Positions 1 through 8,383 of a DNA stretch of 64,000 nucleotides are shown piece after piece. Both the position numbers and the translations under genes were made by a program. The notes under the pieces are model-generated. The model was not told the origin of the DNA. It ran no database searches and worked only from the letters and a program-made list of their open reading frames with translations. Positions within the stretch are counted from its first letter, which is position 1, and every line of letters starts with the position of its first letter. This DNA comes from Candidatus Nanosyncoccus sp. (GTDB lineage: Bacteria; Patescibacteriota; Saccharimonadia; Saccharimonadales; Saccharimonadaceae), in contig JAZNKL010000006.1 in assembly GCA_045578525.1 (NCBI GenBank), positions 3,419-67,418 of the forward strand, given 5' to 3'.

Positions 1-188
1 CATCTGTAGTAGCAGAAGCAGAGCCGTTAGGATCAGCATAAGCAGAAGAAGTAAAGAAAGTAGAAAAGAAAGCAAAAGAGGAGATTAGAGCAAGGAGGAC
101 AATTACAGATAGAGAAGCAAGCAAAACCCGAGGTGGCTTGCTAAACCTTCCTAATAATGACCCCCCCCCCAAGAACTACTCTTGACAT
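1..188 (-). pseudogene. 5' part of a secreted/surface protein gene, frameshifted in a G10 tract (probable phase-OFF allele); runs off the window
   Basis: AGGAGG SD 5 nt before ATG at 188. With G10 it reads MSRVVLGGGVIIRKV*. With G9 it reads MSRVVLGGGSLLGRFSKPPRVLLASLSVIVLLALISSFAFFSTFFTSSAYA-DPNGSASATTD..., a signal peptide with AYA cleavage. Confidence 0.7.
161..170 (-). repeat. G10 homopolymer (C10 on +) at codons 7-10 of the signal peptide
   Basis: cccccccccc at 161-170. Confidence 0.9.
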
Positions 189-287
189 GAAAACCTCCTA
201 TAAAGTTATCTCTAGTATAGCATAAACGCAAGCGAAATGGAAATAGTTTTTTATAATAATAGACAAAAAAGAGAAATGGAAATGAGA

Positions 288-2726
288 TTATTGAATTACA
301 TTTTGTCTCAAGGCTTTGTGGACATCTTCGTTATCCATAGAAATCAGGCGGAGTTTGGCGTTTATTTCCCCAATCGCGACCTCTATTACGCGAGTCAAGA
401 TTGGGTTATCTTTAAGTGGACCAAAGAACTCCTCGTAGGCTTTACACTCTTTGATTGTACGGATACTAGATGCAAGCACTCTTGGATAATCTTCTACCGA
501 TTTTTCTCCAGTCATCTCCACCACTTTATCCCAGTTGTTATAAAGCCAAGCGATAGTCCTCTCGCGAGTCTTGTAGTTTCTGAGCAAATCAACAAACAGA
601 TATAAATGATCTTGCGGACGAACAATATCATGTTGTTCAAGTAACCTTAGTTGTTTCTCTGTGTCGCCACTAAAATCAGTTAGCGCAGATAGCAGATCAT
701 CTTTCAAATTCGGGTCAGCTTCCTTCTGGTATTTTTCCAGATATTTATCAAATTCTGCCGGATTTTTACGTAAATTAGCGGTCATGACATATACGCGAAT
801 ATCTGGATTAATTTTACTAAGCTCGTCGGAATATAGATTAGCTAGCCTCTTTGTGGTTTCTGGATCTTCCGCATATAATGCTAAGCCAACTACAATTTGG
901 CGAAGCTTGGCATTGTTGTCGTCTTCCCTGTCTTGAGGCATAATACCAAGACGAGCTAAATTATCGGAAATCAAATTAGAAACATATTGCTGAAATTTTG
1001 GAAAATCTGGATCAGTTGGCGTAAAGAATAACTTAAGATCAGTAATGAGGCTTAAGACTGAGCTCCAGACTGCATATCTATCTTCTGATTTAAAATGTGG
1101 CAGGAGTTCCAAATGAGAAGCGGTTGAAACAACTGATGTACGAGAAAGTAAGGAATGATCGAGTAGTAAGCGAATCTTTTGTTCCTCTGATAATTTGCCA
1201 AACTGCGCCATTTTTTCTGCAAATTCTTCTCCAGAGAGATTGATAATATAGTGACCAGACATGTCGTCAGTAATCTCTGGAAGAGGCCACTTCGTATCAT
1301 CAGTTGCGCCAGTGAGCAAGAAGCGCTGTTGTTGCCCATCAGTAATCATTGGGTAGCCAGGCTGAGTAATCCAAGCATCCATGAATTTCTTGACATCGAA
1401 ATCGGCATAAGTCTGCAATGCTTTCCAAAGGTCATCACCAGAGGTATTACTATATTTATGCTCTTTGAAGTAGTCTTTCAGGCCTTTATAGAAATTTCCT
1501 TCGCCCATCAGACGATAGAGCATAAACATGAGATGTGCGCCCTTAGCATAAACAATTGCACCATCAAAAAGGGTGGCAATTTCTGCTGGATCGTTCACTT
1601 CTTGCTGGACCGCTTGGACGCCTGGGAGAGCGTCACGCATTAGAGCGACTTTACAATCACCGGTGAAAAAATATTCCCAAATGTGGTAGCTCGGACGAAT
1701 TGCGTCTACACAGACGTATTCCATCATGTTGGCAAAACTTTCGTTTAGCCAAAGATTATCCCACCATTTCATAGTGACAAGATTACCAAACCACTGATGG
1801 GAGAGTTCGTGCGCAATCACGGTTGCAATGTACTCTTTAGTAGCCTTGGACTCACCTGGTGCGGCTAGCATACAAGCCTCTCGATAAGTGACTAATCCCC
1901 AGTTTTCCATAGCGCCAGCCTCAAAATCTGGAATCGCGACCTGGTCAAGCTTTGGCAGAGGATATTTTATGCCAAATTTGTCGTCGTAATAATCAAGTGC
2001 GTCAGCAGCGATTTCATTAGCAAATTCCAGCGTTTCTGGATCTTGATTAAGCGCGCAATAAGAAGTGATTCGGACCCCGTGCAGGTTTTTCTTAGAACGT
2101 TTTTTGAAATGGCCGAGGCAAAACGCCAAAAGATAAGTAGACATCCTTGGTGTGGTTTCAAATTCGACAATTTTCTTCTTGGCCTTGGTATTAATATTGA
2201 CACCATTTTTAGGATCTTGGTCTAGGCTAACTGTATCATATTCTACTATGCGTTCGGTTTTTGCTGGCATATTAGAGATAACCACGTCATCAGTGTCCGG
2301 GGTAATAATTTTAAGATCAAACGTAGCTTTAGCTTCTGGTTCGTCAATGCACGGGAAACATTCACGCGCATAATGGCTCTCAAATTGCGTGGAAACAATG
2401 CGTTCCTCTTTGCCTTTATACTGATAAGTAGAAAGATAAGCTCCCTGCATATTGGTATTTAAGAAAAAAGTATATTTGATAGTAATACTGGTTTTCTTAG
2501 CATCTAAATTTTCTAAAATAAGCTCGTCGTCCTCTTGTTTAAAAGAAACGGCATTTTCTGCGACTTTGACAGAGGTGATATTGAGATTTTTGGCGTGAAA
2601 TTTAACCGTTTTTTGCTTAGGTTCGCCAGTAATTATTACCGTGCCGTAAACTTTACGTGACGCCTTATTGATATTGAGTGACAAGTTATAATTTTCTGGG
2701 ATGAAATAGTTAATTAATCTTTCCAT
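288..2726 (-). CDS. pepN: M1 family aminopeptidase N
   Basis: GAMEN and HELSH-x18-E zinc motifs; ERAP1-like C-terminus. Confidence 0.93.
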   Translation of the reverse strand: MERLINYFIPENYNLSLNINKASRKVYGTVIITGEPKQKTVKFHAKNLNITSVKVAENAVSFKQEDDELILENLDAKKTSITIKYTFFLNTNMQGAYLSTYQYKGKEERIVSTQFESHYARECFPCIDEPEAKATFDLKIITPDTDDVVISNMPAKTERIVEYDTVSLDQDPKNGVNINTKAKKKIVEFETTPRMSTYLLAFCLGHFKKRSKKNLHGVRITSYCALNQDPETLEFANEIAADALDYYDDKFGIKYPLPKLDQVAIPDFEAGAMENWGLVTYREACMLAAPGESKATKEYIATVIAHELSHQWFGNLVTMKWWDNLWLNESFANMMEYVCVDAIRPSYHIWEYFFTGDCKVALMRDALPGVQAVQQEVNDPAEIATLFDGAIVYAKGAHLMFMLYRLMGEGNFYKGLKDYFKEHKYSNTSGDDLWKALQTYADFDVKKFMDAWITQPGYPMITDGQQQRFLLTGATDDTKWPLPEITDDMSGHYIINLSGEEFAEKMAQFGKLSEEQKIRLLLDHSLLSRTSVVSTASHLELLPHFKSEDRYAVWSSVLSLITDLKLFFTPTDPDFPKFQQYVSNLISDNLARLGIMPQDREDDNNAKLRQIVVGLALYAEDPETTKRLANLYSDELSKINPDIRVYVMTANLRKNPAEFDKYLEKYQKEADPNLKDDLLSALTDFSGDTEKQLRLLEQHDIVRPQDHLYLFVDLLRNYKTRERTIAWLYNNWDKVVEMTGEKSVEDYPRVLASSIRTIKECKAYEEFFGPLKDNPILTRVIEVAIGEINAKLRLISMDNEDVHKALRQNVIQ

Positions 2727-2771
2727 ATTGTATCTATTATAACAGAATGTGGTAGGCTAATCTCTTGATTT

Positions 2772-4682
2772 TTATTCTAGGATAGCTTTAATGCGGCGAA
2801 CGCCGGCGCTGGAACTTTCTTCCTTTTTAATTTTGAAGTGGCCAAGAACGCCAGTGTGCTCGACGTGTGGGCCACCGCAAATCTCACGAGAAACAGGATT
2901 TTCCGCAGGGGCATCTTCTGCTGATTTTGCTCCACCGATAGTGTAAACTTTGACCTTGGCATCGTATTTATCCCAGAACTGACCCTCGGCATGCAAAGTA
3001 TCACGTGCATATTCTTTGTCATACTCGGCAAATTCTACTGGCAAATCAGCAGCAATCCACTCATTTACTTGATCCTCTACAGCTTGCTTTTCTTCCGGGG
3101 TCAACTTCCTATCAAGATTAAAGTCAAGGCGCATACGCTCTGGAGTAATATTGCTTCCCTGCTGATGAATATCATCGGAAACAATTTTTCTAAGTGCGGC
3201 TAATGTCAAATGAGTAGCAGTATGATATTTCGTACTCATTTCACCATGATCTTCAAGGCCACCTTTAAACATACCCTTGGATGCAGTTTTACTGCGTTCG
3301 CGTTGCTCGGCCAAAGCTTTGTCGAATTCTTCCTTGTAATCTTTGGATAGTTTGATATTTTGGCGATAGGCCTCCTCAACGGAAACCTCAAATGGGAAGC
3401 CGTAGGTATCTTGAAGTTTGAAGAGATCAAAGCCTGTCAGAATTCCATCTACATCCTGAGATACCATTTTGTTCATTTCCTTGAGACCCTTATTCAAAGT
3501 TTGGCGGAAGGCGCGTTCTTCTTTTTCTAGAGCGGCAACTGCGTCTTCACGGTGAGTAAGGATACTATCTGGCAAGTCTTTATAGTTTTTGGCGATAATT
3601 GGCACAATTTCTGGAATAAAATCTTGAGCAATACCAAGATCTAGCGCCTTCAAAACAGCGCGGCGAATCAGACGGCGAAGCGCATAGCCTTGCTGTTTAT
3701 TTGAAGGAGTAAGTCCCTGCGCAGTCAATAGATATGCACCACGCAAATGATCGGCAATAATACGCATCTCGTCAGTATTATTGTCGTAGCTCTTGCCGGA
3801 AATTTCTTCTAGTTTGTCAATGATTGGCTTTAGGAGGCTAATCTTAAATACGTCAAAACTATTGATGCTGGCCGCAGTAATACGTTCTAGGCCACCACCA
3901 AAGTCCACATTTTTATGCTCCAGTTCTTCAAAAGTACCATCCTCTTTTCTGCGATACTGCATAAAGACTTGGTTACCAATTTCCATAAAGCGCGCGCCGT
4001 CAGAGGCTGGATGCGATTTACCATATTTTTCTACGTCTTGTTTATCTTCGCCAAAATCGTAGAATACTTCGGAATCTGGGCCACACGGATCACCAATCGG
4101 CGTTGAGTCAATACCACCACCACGAGACCACCAGTTTTCTTTGTCGTCATAGAAGAAGATGTGCTCGCCTTCTTTGATACCACGCTTATCACCATCTTCA
4201 GCCGAACCGATCTCGGCGATTTTAGCTTCTACGCCAGCATCTTTAAACACTTTCTGCCAAATTTCTGCGGCTTCGGTATCTTTTGGGATGCCATATTTTT
4301 CGTTACCAATGAAACAAGTGACATAAATTTTGTGTGGATCTAGGCCGACAACCTCAGTCAAAAATTTGAAGAAAGCTGGGATTTGCTCTTTTTTGAAATA
4401 ATCGCCAAGTGACCAGTTGCCAAGCATCTCAAAAACCGTAGTATGACGGGGATCACCCACGTCTTCAATGTCTTGAAGCCTAAGTGACGGCTGAGAGTCG
4501 GTCAGACGTTTGCCCTCGGGATGAGGCTCTCCCAAAAGATATGGCAAGAGCGGTTGCATACCAGAACCGGTAAAAAGCGTGGTTGGGTCATTTTCAAGAA
4601 CAAGTGGCGCTGGCGCAATTACCTTATGTCCAAGACTTTCTTGATATTCTAAAAATTTTTTTCTGATTTCACTTGCGTTCAT
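2772..4682 (-). CDS. alaS: Alanyl-tRNA synthetase, short form lacking C-Ala domain
   Basis: PTTLFTGSGMQP, HTATH and CGGPH editing motifs; ends at GVRRIKA. Confidence 0.95.
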   Translation of the reverse strand: MNASEIRKKFLEYQESLGHKVIAPAPLVLENDPTTLFTGSGMQPLLPYLLGEPHPEGKRLTDSQPSLRLQDIEDVGDPRHTTVFEMLGNWSLGDYFKKEQIPAFFKFLTEVVGLDPHKIYVTCFIGNEKYGIPKDTEAAEIWQKVFKDAGVEAKIAEIGSAEDGDKRGIKEGEHIFFYDDKENWWSRGGGIDSTPIGDPCGPDSEVFYDFGEDKQDVEKYGKSHPASDGARFMEIGNQVFMQYRRKEDGTFEELEHKNVDFGGGLERITAASINSFDVFKISLLKPIIDKLEEISGKSYDNNTDEMRIIADHLRGAYLLTAQGLTPSNKQQGYALRRLIRRAVLKALDLGIAQDFIPEIVPIIAKNYKDLPDSILTHREDAVAALEKEERAFRQTLNKGLKEMNKMVSQDVDGILTGFDLFKLQDTYGFPFEVSVEEAYRQNIKLSKDYKEEFDKALAEQRERSKTASKGMFKGGLEDHGEMSTKYHTATHLTLAALRKIVSDDIHQQGSNITPERMRLDFNLDRKLTPEEKQAVEDQVNEWIAADLPVEFAEYDKEYARDTLHAEGQFWDKYDAKVKVYTIGGAKSAEDAPAENPVSREICGGPHVEHTGVLGHFKIKKEESSSAGVRRIKAILE

Positions 4683-4723
4683 TTTTACTCTTTTTTAACT
4701 TCTAGGGGTAATTATACTATGAG

Positions 4724-4785
4724 TTGACTTTTTTGACAATGTATGATATAATTAGAAAAGTAGGGCTTCTCAGGAAGTCTTTTTT
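4724..4785 (+). promoter_or_regulatory. Consensus sigma70 promoter followed directly by hairpin and U-tract
   Basis: TTGACT(4724)-17-TATAAT(4747), GGCTTC-TCAG-GAAGTC, TTTTTT. Confidence 0.6.
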
Positions 4786-4857
4786 GTGCTATAATATGAT
4801 TAGAAACTATTGTTAGCGAGGCTAGTTCACTCGTGTACCTTAAGGAGGTGGTAAAAG

Positions 4858-5532
4858 ATGAAAAGGAAGTTACTCGCTATAATAACCGTCGTTGCCGTGA
4901 TGATGTCAATGACGATTCCGGTATATGCAAATGGAGGCTATATAGTTCGAACAACTGAAGAGACGATCACCATGGTTGGTGATAAGGTGGTTGGATATAC
5001 CACCAACACTTACGATTCTCCAGTTTGCTATGGGACGGCACCGGCTGCTTCGTATTGTTCTTCGTGGAAGCCCGATTGGGGCGCAAATTATGCAGCAGAG
5101 CAGGCGAAGTATATGGAATCGGCAAAGCGCTTGGCGGCCAAGAGTTCAAGTTCAAGCTGTTGGAAACCGCAGCAGGCGGTTCCCGTTCAGCAGGCGCAAC
5201 CCCAAATCATTGCCCAGCCTATAACACCAACGTATATTTATAACTACGGTTATACATACTCTACAGTTGGAGACGAGGCAAAGTCTCGGGCATCCAGCAT
5301 GGAAAAATATGCGAAGGATTACGGATGGAATGTGTCGGTAGGTAGCGACTACGGCGGAGGTTGCGACTTGCGTTTTCTGGATATTACATTTTCCAACAAA
5401 CGCTACTCAAACTTCAGAGTGACTCAGGTCACCGAATGGAATGGCTCAGGCTACAATACCTACTATAAGTACAATGACAGGTATTATTCGGCTGACGGGC
5501 TGAAAGATAGCCTCAAAGGCTATCGTGACTAA
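4858..5532 (+). CDS. Secreted hypothetical protein (signal peptide, Tyr/Ser/Gln-rich)
   Basis: AAGGAGGT SD; MKRK plus hydrophobic stretch plus VYA; terminator AAAGGCGGCT..AGCCGTCTTTTT downstream. Confidence 0.8.
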   Translation: MKRKLLAIITVVAVMMSMTIPVYANGGYIVRTTEETITMVGDKVVGYTTNTYDSPVCYGTAPAASYCSSWKPDWGANYAAEQAKYMESAKRLAAKSSSSSCWKPQQAVPVQQAQPQIIAQPITPTYIYNYGYTYSTVGDEAKSRASSMEKYAKDYGWNVSVGSDYGGGCDLRFLDITFSNKRYSNFRVTQVTEWNGSGYNTYYKYNDRYYSADGLKDSLKGYRD

Positions 5533-5605
5533 GGGAGATGGTCTGTTTCATTTTTTGCTACTCCTTTCAGAAAGGCGGCTTGCAATTTAAGCCGTCTTTT
5601 TCATG

Positions 5606-5705
5606 CGCTTAGATAATGAATTTAGTGATAACGCGTTTTTAGGCAATAATGTTTAGCGATGCGTTTAGATAATGATGTTTTAGCGATGCGTTTAGATAAT
5701 GATGC
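5606..5705. repeat. Degenerate ~27-bp tandem repeat (about 4 units) overlapping the mnmA stop
   Basis: Unit gcgtttagataatgatgttttagcgat; no unique spacers. Confidence 0.7.
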
Positions 5706-6840
5706 CACCGCCTAGGCAGACATCTCCATCATAGAACACCACGGATTGACCGCTGGCTGGAGTTTTGATTTCGTTTTCAAATATGACCTTGCTGCCTTTT
5801 AATTTTGCCGGAATAAGCGGGGCGCGATGGCGAAGACGCACCTTTATATCAGTACCTGGGGTTTCCCTTGTAAAAATATCTTTTAAATTAAGTTTCTTAG
5901 TCCAAAGATTGTCGTTGTTGAGATTTTGAGAAACGTAAACAATGTTTTTTGCGATATCTTTTTTCACGACATAATATGGAATGCCACCGCCAACCCTTAG
6001 ACCCTTGCGCTGGCCAATGGTATAAAATATCGCACCTTCGTGTACCCCAACGACCTTTTCGGTATCAATATCACGAATCTCGCCTGGTTGAGTTTTGAGG
6101 TATTTTTTGAGAAAATCTTTCATGCCAACTTCACCGACAAAACAAACTCCCATAGACTCTTTTTTGTAGGCATTATCAAGTCCGTGCTCCGCGGCTAGCT
6201 TCTTCACGTCGGCTTTTAACATCTCGCCGATTGGGAAAATGGTATGCTTTAAAGCTTCCTCTGAAATGCGATAAAGAAAGTAGGTTTGGTCCTTATTCTC
6301 ATCTACGGCACGAAGAAGCTTAGCTCGGGATCCTGCCGCGCCATCTTCCCCCCGCCTTGCGCTTTGGCGCTCGGCGGGGGCGCCCCCAAGGCGCGTCACC
6401 CCTCGCCCGACTCTAGCATAATGTCCTGTCGCGATGTAGTCTGCACCTTTTTCGCGTGCAACATCGTAAAACAATTTAAACTTGATTTCTTGGTTGCACA
6501 TGATGTCAGGATTAGGAGTGTTTCCCTTTTCAAACTCCTCGAGCATATAGTCGACCACTTTCTGACGGTACTCTGTTTCAAAATCAAACACTTCAAAATC
6601 AATGCCAAGTTTCACGGCAACGCGCTTGGCGTCTGCCAAGTCTTCGGCCCATGGGCATTTCATACCAGGAAGATCCTCGGACCAGTTTTTCATGTAGACG
6701 CCCACTACGTGGTAGCCCTGCTCTTTCAATAGAATGGCAGAGACGGAGGAATCGACACCGCCGGACATGCCAAGGTAGACAGTTTTAGCTCGAGGTTCTG
6801 CTTTAGCTCTGGGTTCTGCCTTAGCTCTGGGTTCTGGCAT
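5692..6840 (-). CDS. mnmA: tRNA-specific 2-thiouridylase MnmA
   Basis: SGGVDS, TPNPDIMCN, ATGHYAR, KDQTYFL, GQRKGL, GQSVVFY; start taken as ATG 6840. Confidence 0.95.
   Translation of the reverse strand: MPEPRAKAEPRAKAEPRAKTVYLGMSGGVDSSVSAILLKEQGYHVVGVYMKNWSEDLPGMKCPWAEDLADAKRVAVKLGIDFEVFDFETEYRQKVVDYMLEEFEKGNTPNPDIMCNQEIKFKLFYDVAREKGADYIATGHYARVGRGVTRLGGAPAERQSARRGEDGAAGSRAKLLRAVDENKDQTYFLYRISEEALKHTIFPIGEMLKADVKKLAAEHGLDNAYKKESMGVCFVGEVGMKDFLKKYLKTQPGEIRDIDTEKVVGVHEGAIFYTIGQRKGLRVGGGIPYYVVKKDIAKNIVYVSQNLNNDNLWTKKLNLKDIFTRETPGTDIKVRLRHRAPLIPAKLKGSKVIFENEIKTPASGQSVVFYDGDVCLGGGIII
6323..6399 (-). repeat. GC-rich palindromic in-frame insertion in mnmA (RPE-like copy 1)
   Basis: Hairpin CCCCCGCC-GA-GCGC-CAAA-GCGC-AA-GGCGGGGG; 53/77 nt ungapped identity to 60779-60855. 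Confidence 0.8.
6785..6838 (-). repeat. 18-bp tandem repeat x3 (EPRAKA) at the iscS/mnmA overlap
   Basis: ttagctcgaggttctgct / ttagctctgggttctgcc / ttagctctgggttctggc. Confidence 0.9.
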
Positions 6841-8077
6841 ATTCCTCCTCAACGGCTTCACGGATTAATCTACCAGCTTCTTTGACGTTTTCCTCGGTGT
6901 TCAGTACACCTAAGGAAATACGGAGCGAACCGGCGATTTCTGCATCAGATAGCTTAATAGCCTTCAAAACGTGTGAGACAGTTCCCTTGTTAGCCGAGCA
7001 AGCAGCGCCCGTAGAGAGATAGACCTGTTTTTCTTCCAGCTTGTAAATTAGGCGTTCAGCATCAATTCCTGGGAAGCTAACTGGACAAAAGTTAGCCAAC
7101 TGATGTTTGGAGTTGCCGAGAAAAATCGGCTCTATAGCTTTACATTTTTTGAGCTCGACCCTTAAAATGCTTGAAAGTTCTTGGTATTTTTTGTAATTGC
7201 TCTTGATATGTGCTTTTGCCTCTTCGGCCGCCTCGGCAAAGCCAATCACCGCTGGGACGTTTTCGGTGCCAGAGCGAAGCCCGGCTTCTTGTCCGCCGCC
7301 ATAGATGATAGGGCTAAGTTTTACGTCATGGTCAGCATAGAGCGCACCGACACCTTTCGGCCCGCCGATTTTAGCGGAATTGATAGTGAGAAGATTCACC
7401 CCCAGTCTATAGACGGAAATATCGATTAGATTCAATGCTTGCGAAGCATCGGAGTGAAGGAAAAGCGGTAAAGGAGCGTCGTCTTTAGTGTTGGAGCTTT
7501 TTAGATGCGCCTGCAGACGCTGATCGCGCTCGTCTCTGATGATTTCTGCGATTTCCGCAAGCGGCTGAATGGTGCCAAGCTCGTTGTTAGCTAGAGAAAT
7601 CGAAACAAATACCGTATTTTTATTTAATTTTTTACGAAAATCCTTGAGGTCGATCAGACCAGTTTTGTCAACATTTATTTCCGTCAGTTTAGCATCGGAG
7701 ATTTCTGCATAGTGCTTGGCAGCGGCTCTGACCGAAGCGTGCTCAGTCTCCAAAATCAGAATCTCTGGAGCGTCTGTTTTTGGGATATTCAAAGCTGAAG
7801 GGTTCAAAACTGAAGGGTTCGAAACTGGGAGGTTTAAAACAGCGGTGAAAGCCAGATTGATGCTTTCGGTAGCGCCAGCGGTAATGATAAGGTCAGCGCC
7901 TTTAGCACCAACGGTGTGGGCGATACGGTTTTTGGCGAACTCGTAATTATCACGCACGTGCTTGGCGGGAAGATAAGGGGCGGAAGGGTTGAAAAACTGT
8001 GCAGAAAAATAATCACGCATGGCAATTTCTGCCTTGCGACTAACTGGGGTAGCAGCGGCGTGATCAAGATAAATCAT
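6821..8077 (-). CDS. iscS: Cysteine desulfurase (IscS/NifS family)
   Basis: YLDHAAATP, EHASV, NNELG, HSDASQ, SAKIGGPKG, STGAACS. Confidence 0.93.
   Translation of the reverse strand: MIYLDHAAATPVSRKAEIAMRDYFSAQFFNPSAPYLPAKHVRDNYEFAKNRIAHTVGAKGADLIITAGATESINLAFTAVLNLPVSNPSVLNPSALNIPKTDAPEILILETEHASVRAAAKHYAEISDAKLTEINVDKTGLIDLKDFRKKLNKNTVFVSISLANNELGTIQPLAEIAEIIRDERDQRLQAHLKSSNTKDDAPLPLFLHSDASQALNLIDISVYRLGVNLLTINSAKIGGPKGVGALYADHDVKLSPIIYGGGQEAGLRSGTENVPAVIGFAEAAEEAKAHIKSNYKKYQELSSILRVELKKCKAIEPIFLGNSKHQLANFCPVSFPGIDAERLIYKLEEKQVYLSTGAACSANKGTVSHVLKAIKLSDAEIAGSLRISLGVLNTEENVKEAGRLIREAVEEEYARTQS
7788..7843 (-). repeat. 15-bp tandem repeat (~3.5 units) in-frame in iscS
   Basis: ttcaaagctgaaggg / ttcaaaactgaaggg / ttcgaaactgggagg; protein VLNLP-VSNPS-VLNPS-ALNIP. 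Confidence 0.8.
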
Positions 8078-8095
8078 GCTGATATTATACCATTA

Positions 8096-8154
8096 TTGAC
8101 TTTTTATATCAAGTGTGGTATAATAAAGATATAGCCTCGGTTGGGGCGTTTTTT
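8096..8154 (+). promoter_or_regulatory. Consensus sigma70 promoter followed directly by hairpin and U-tract
   Basis: TTGACT(8096)-17-TATAAT(8119), GCCTC-GGTT-GGGGC, GTTTTTT. Confidence 0.6.
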
Positions 8155-8210
8155 AGTGCTTTTCCCACGATTTTACACACAAATAAAAACTTTATGTTAA
8201 AATAGAAAGT

Positions 8211-8335
8211 GGAACATCTTTGATATATTATCGCAAGGAAATTTTTATCTTGTCCATAATAGGCGCTACTAGGCCCCTCGGCGAGATATTCCTTGTGAAT
8301 ATTTCAAAGATGTTCCATCCTAGCAGCGCCTTTTT
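8211..8335 (+). promoter_or_regulatory. Interleaved inverted repeats in the leader of the FISUMP adhesin gene (candidate switch)
   Basis: 8211-8240 pairs with 8289-8316; 8261-8273 pairs with 8319-8331 followed by Ts; TGTTAAAAT extended -10 at 8195-8203. Confidence 0.55.
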
Positions 8336-8383
8336 GTAAGTCACCTCTACAAAGAGGCCTGCTAGCTAAGAACTAGGAGGTAT

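Noticed and set aside
237-1643. Plus-strand ORFs opposite pepN, and similar short ORFs opposite other long genes
   Set aside because: Shadow ORFs with no SD or recognisable motifs.
2772-4682. alaS as a truncated pseudogene
   Set aside because: Catalytic and editing motifs are intact and it ends cleanly; C-Ala-less AlaRS is a plausible streamlined form.
5606-5705. Possible CRISPR array
   Set aside because: Units are adjacent and degenerate with no unique spacers; no cas genes in the window.
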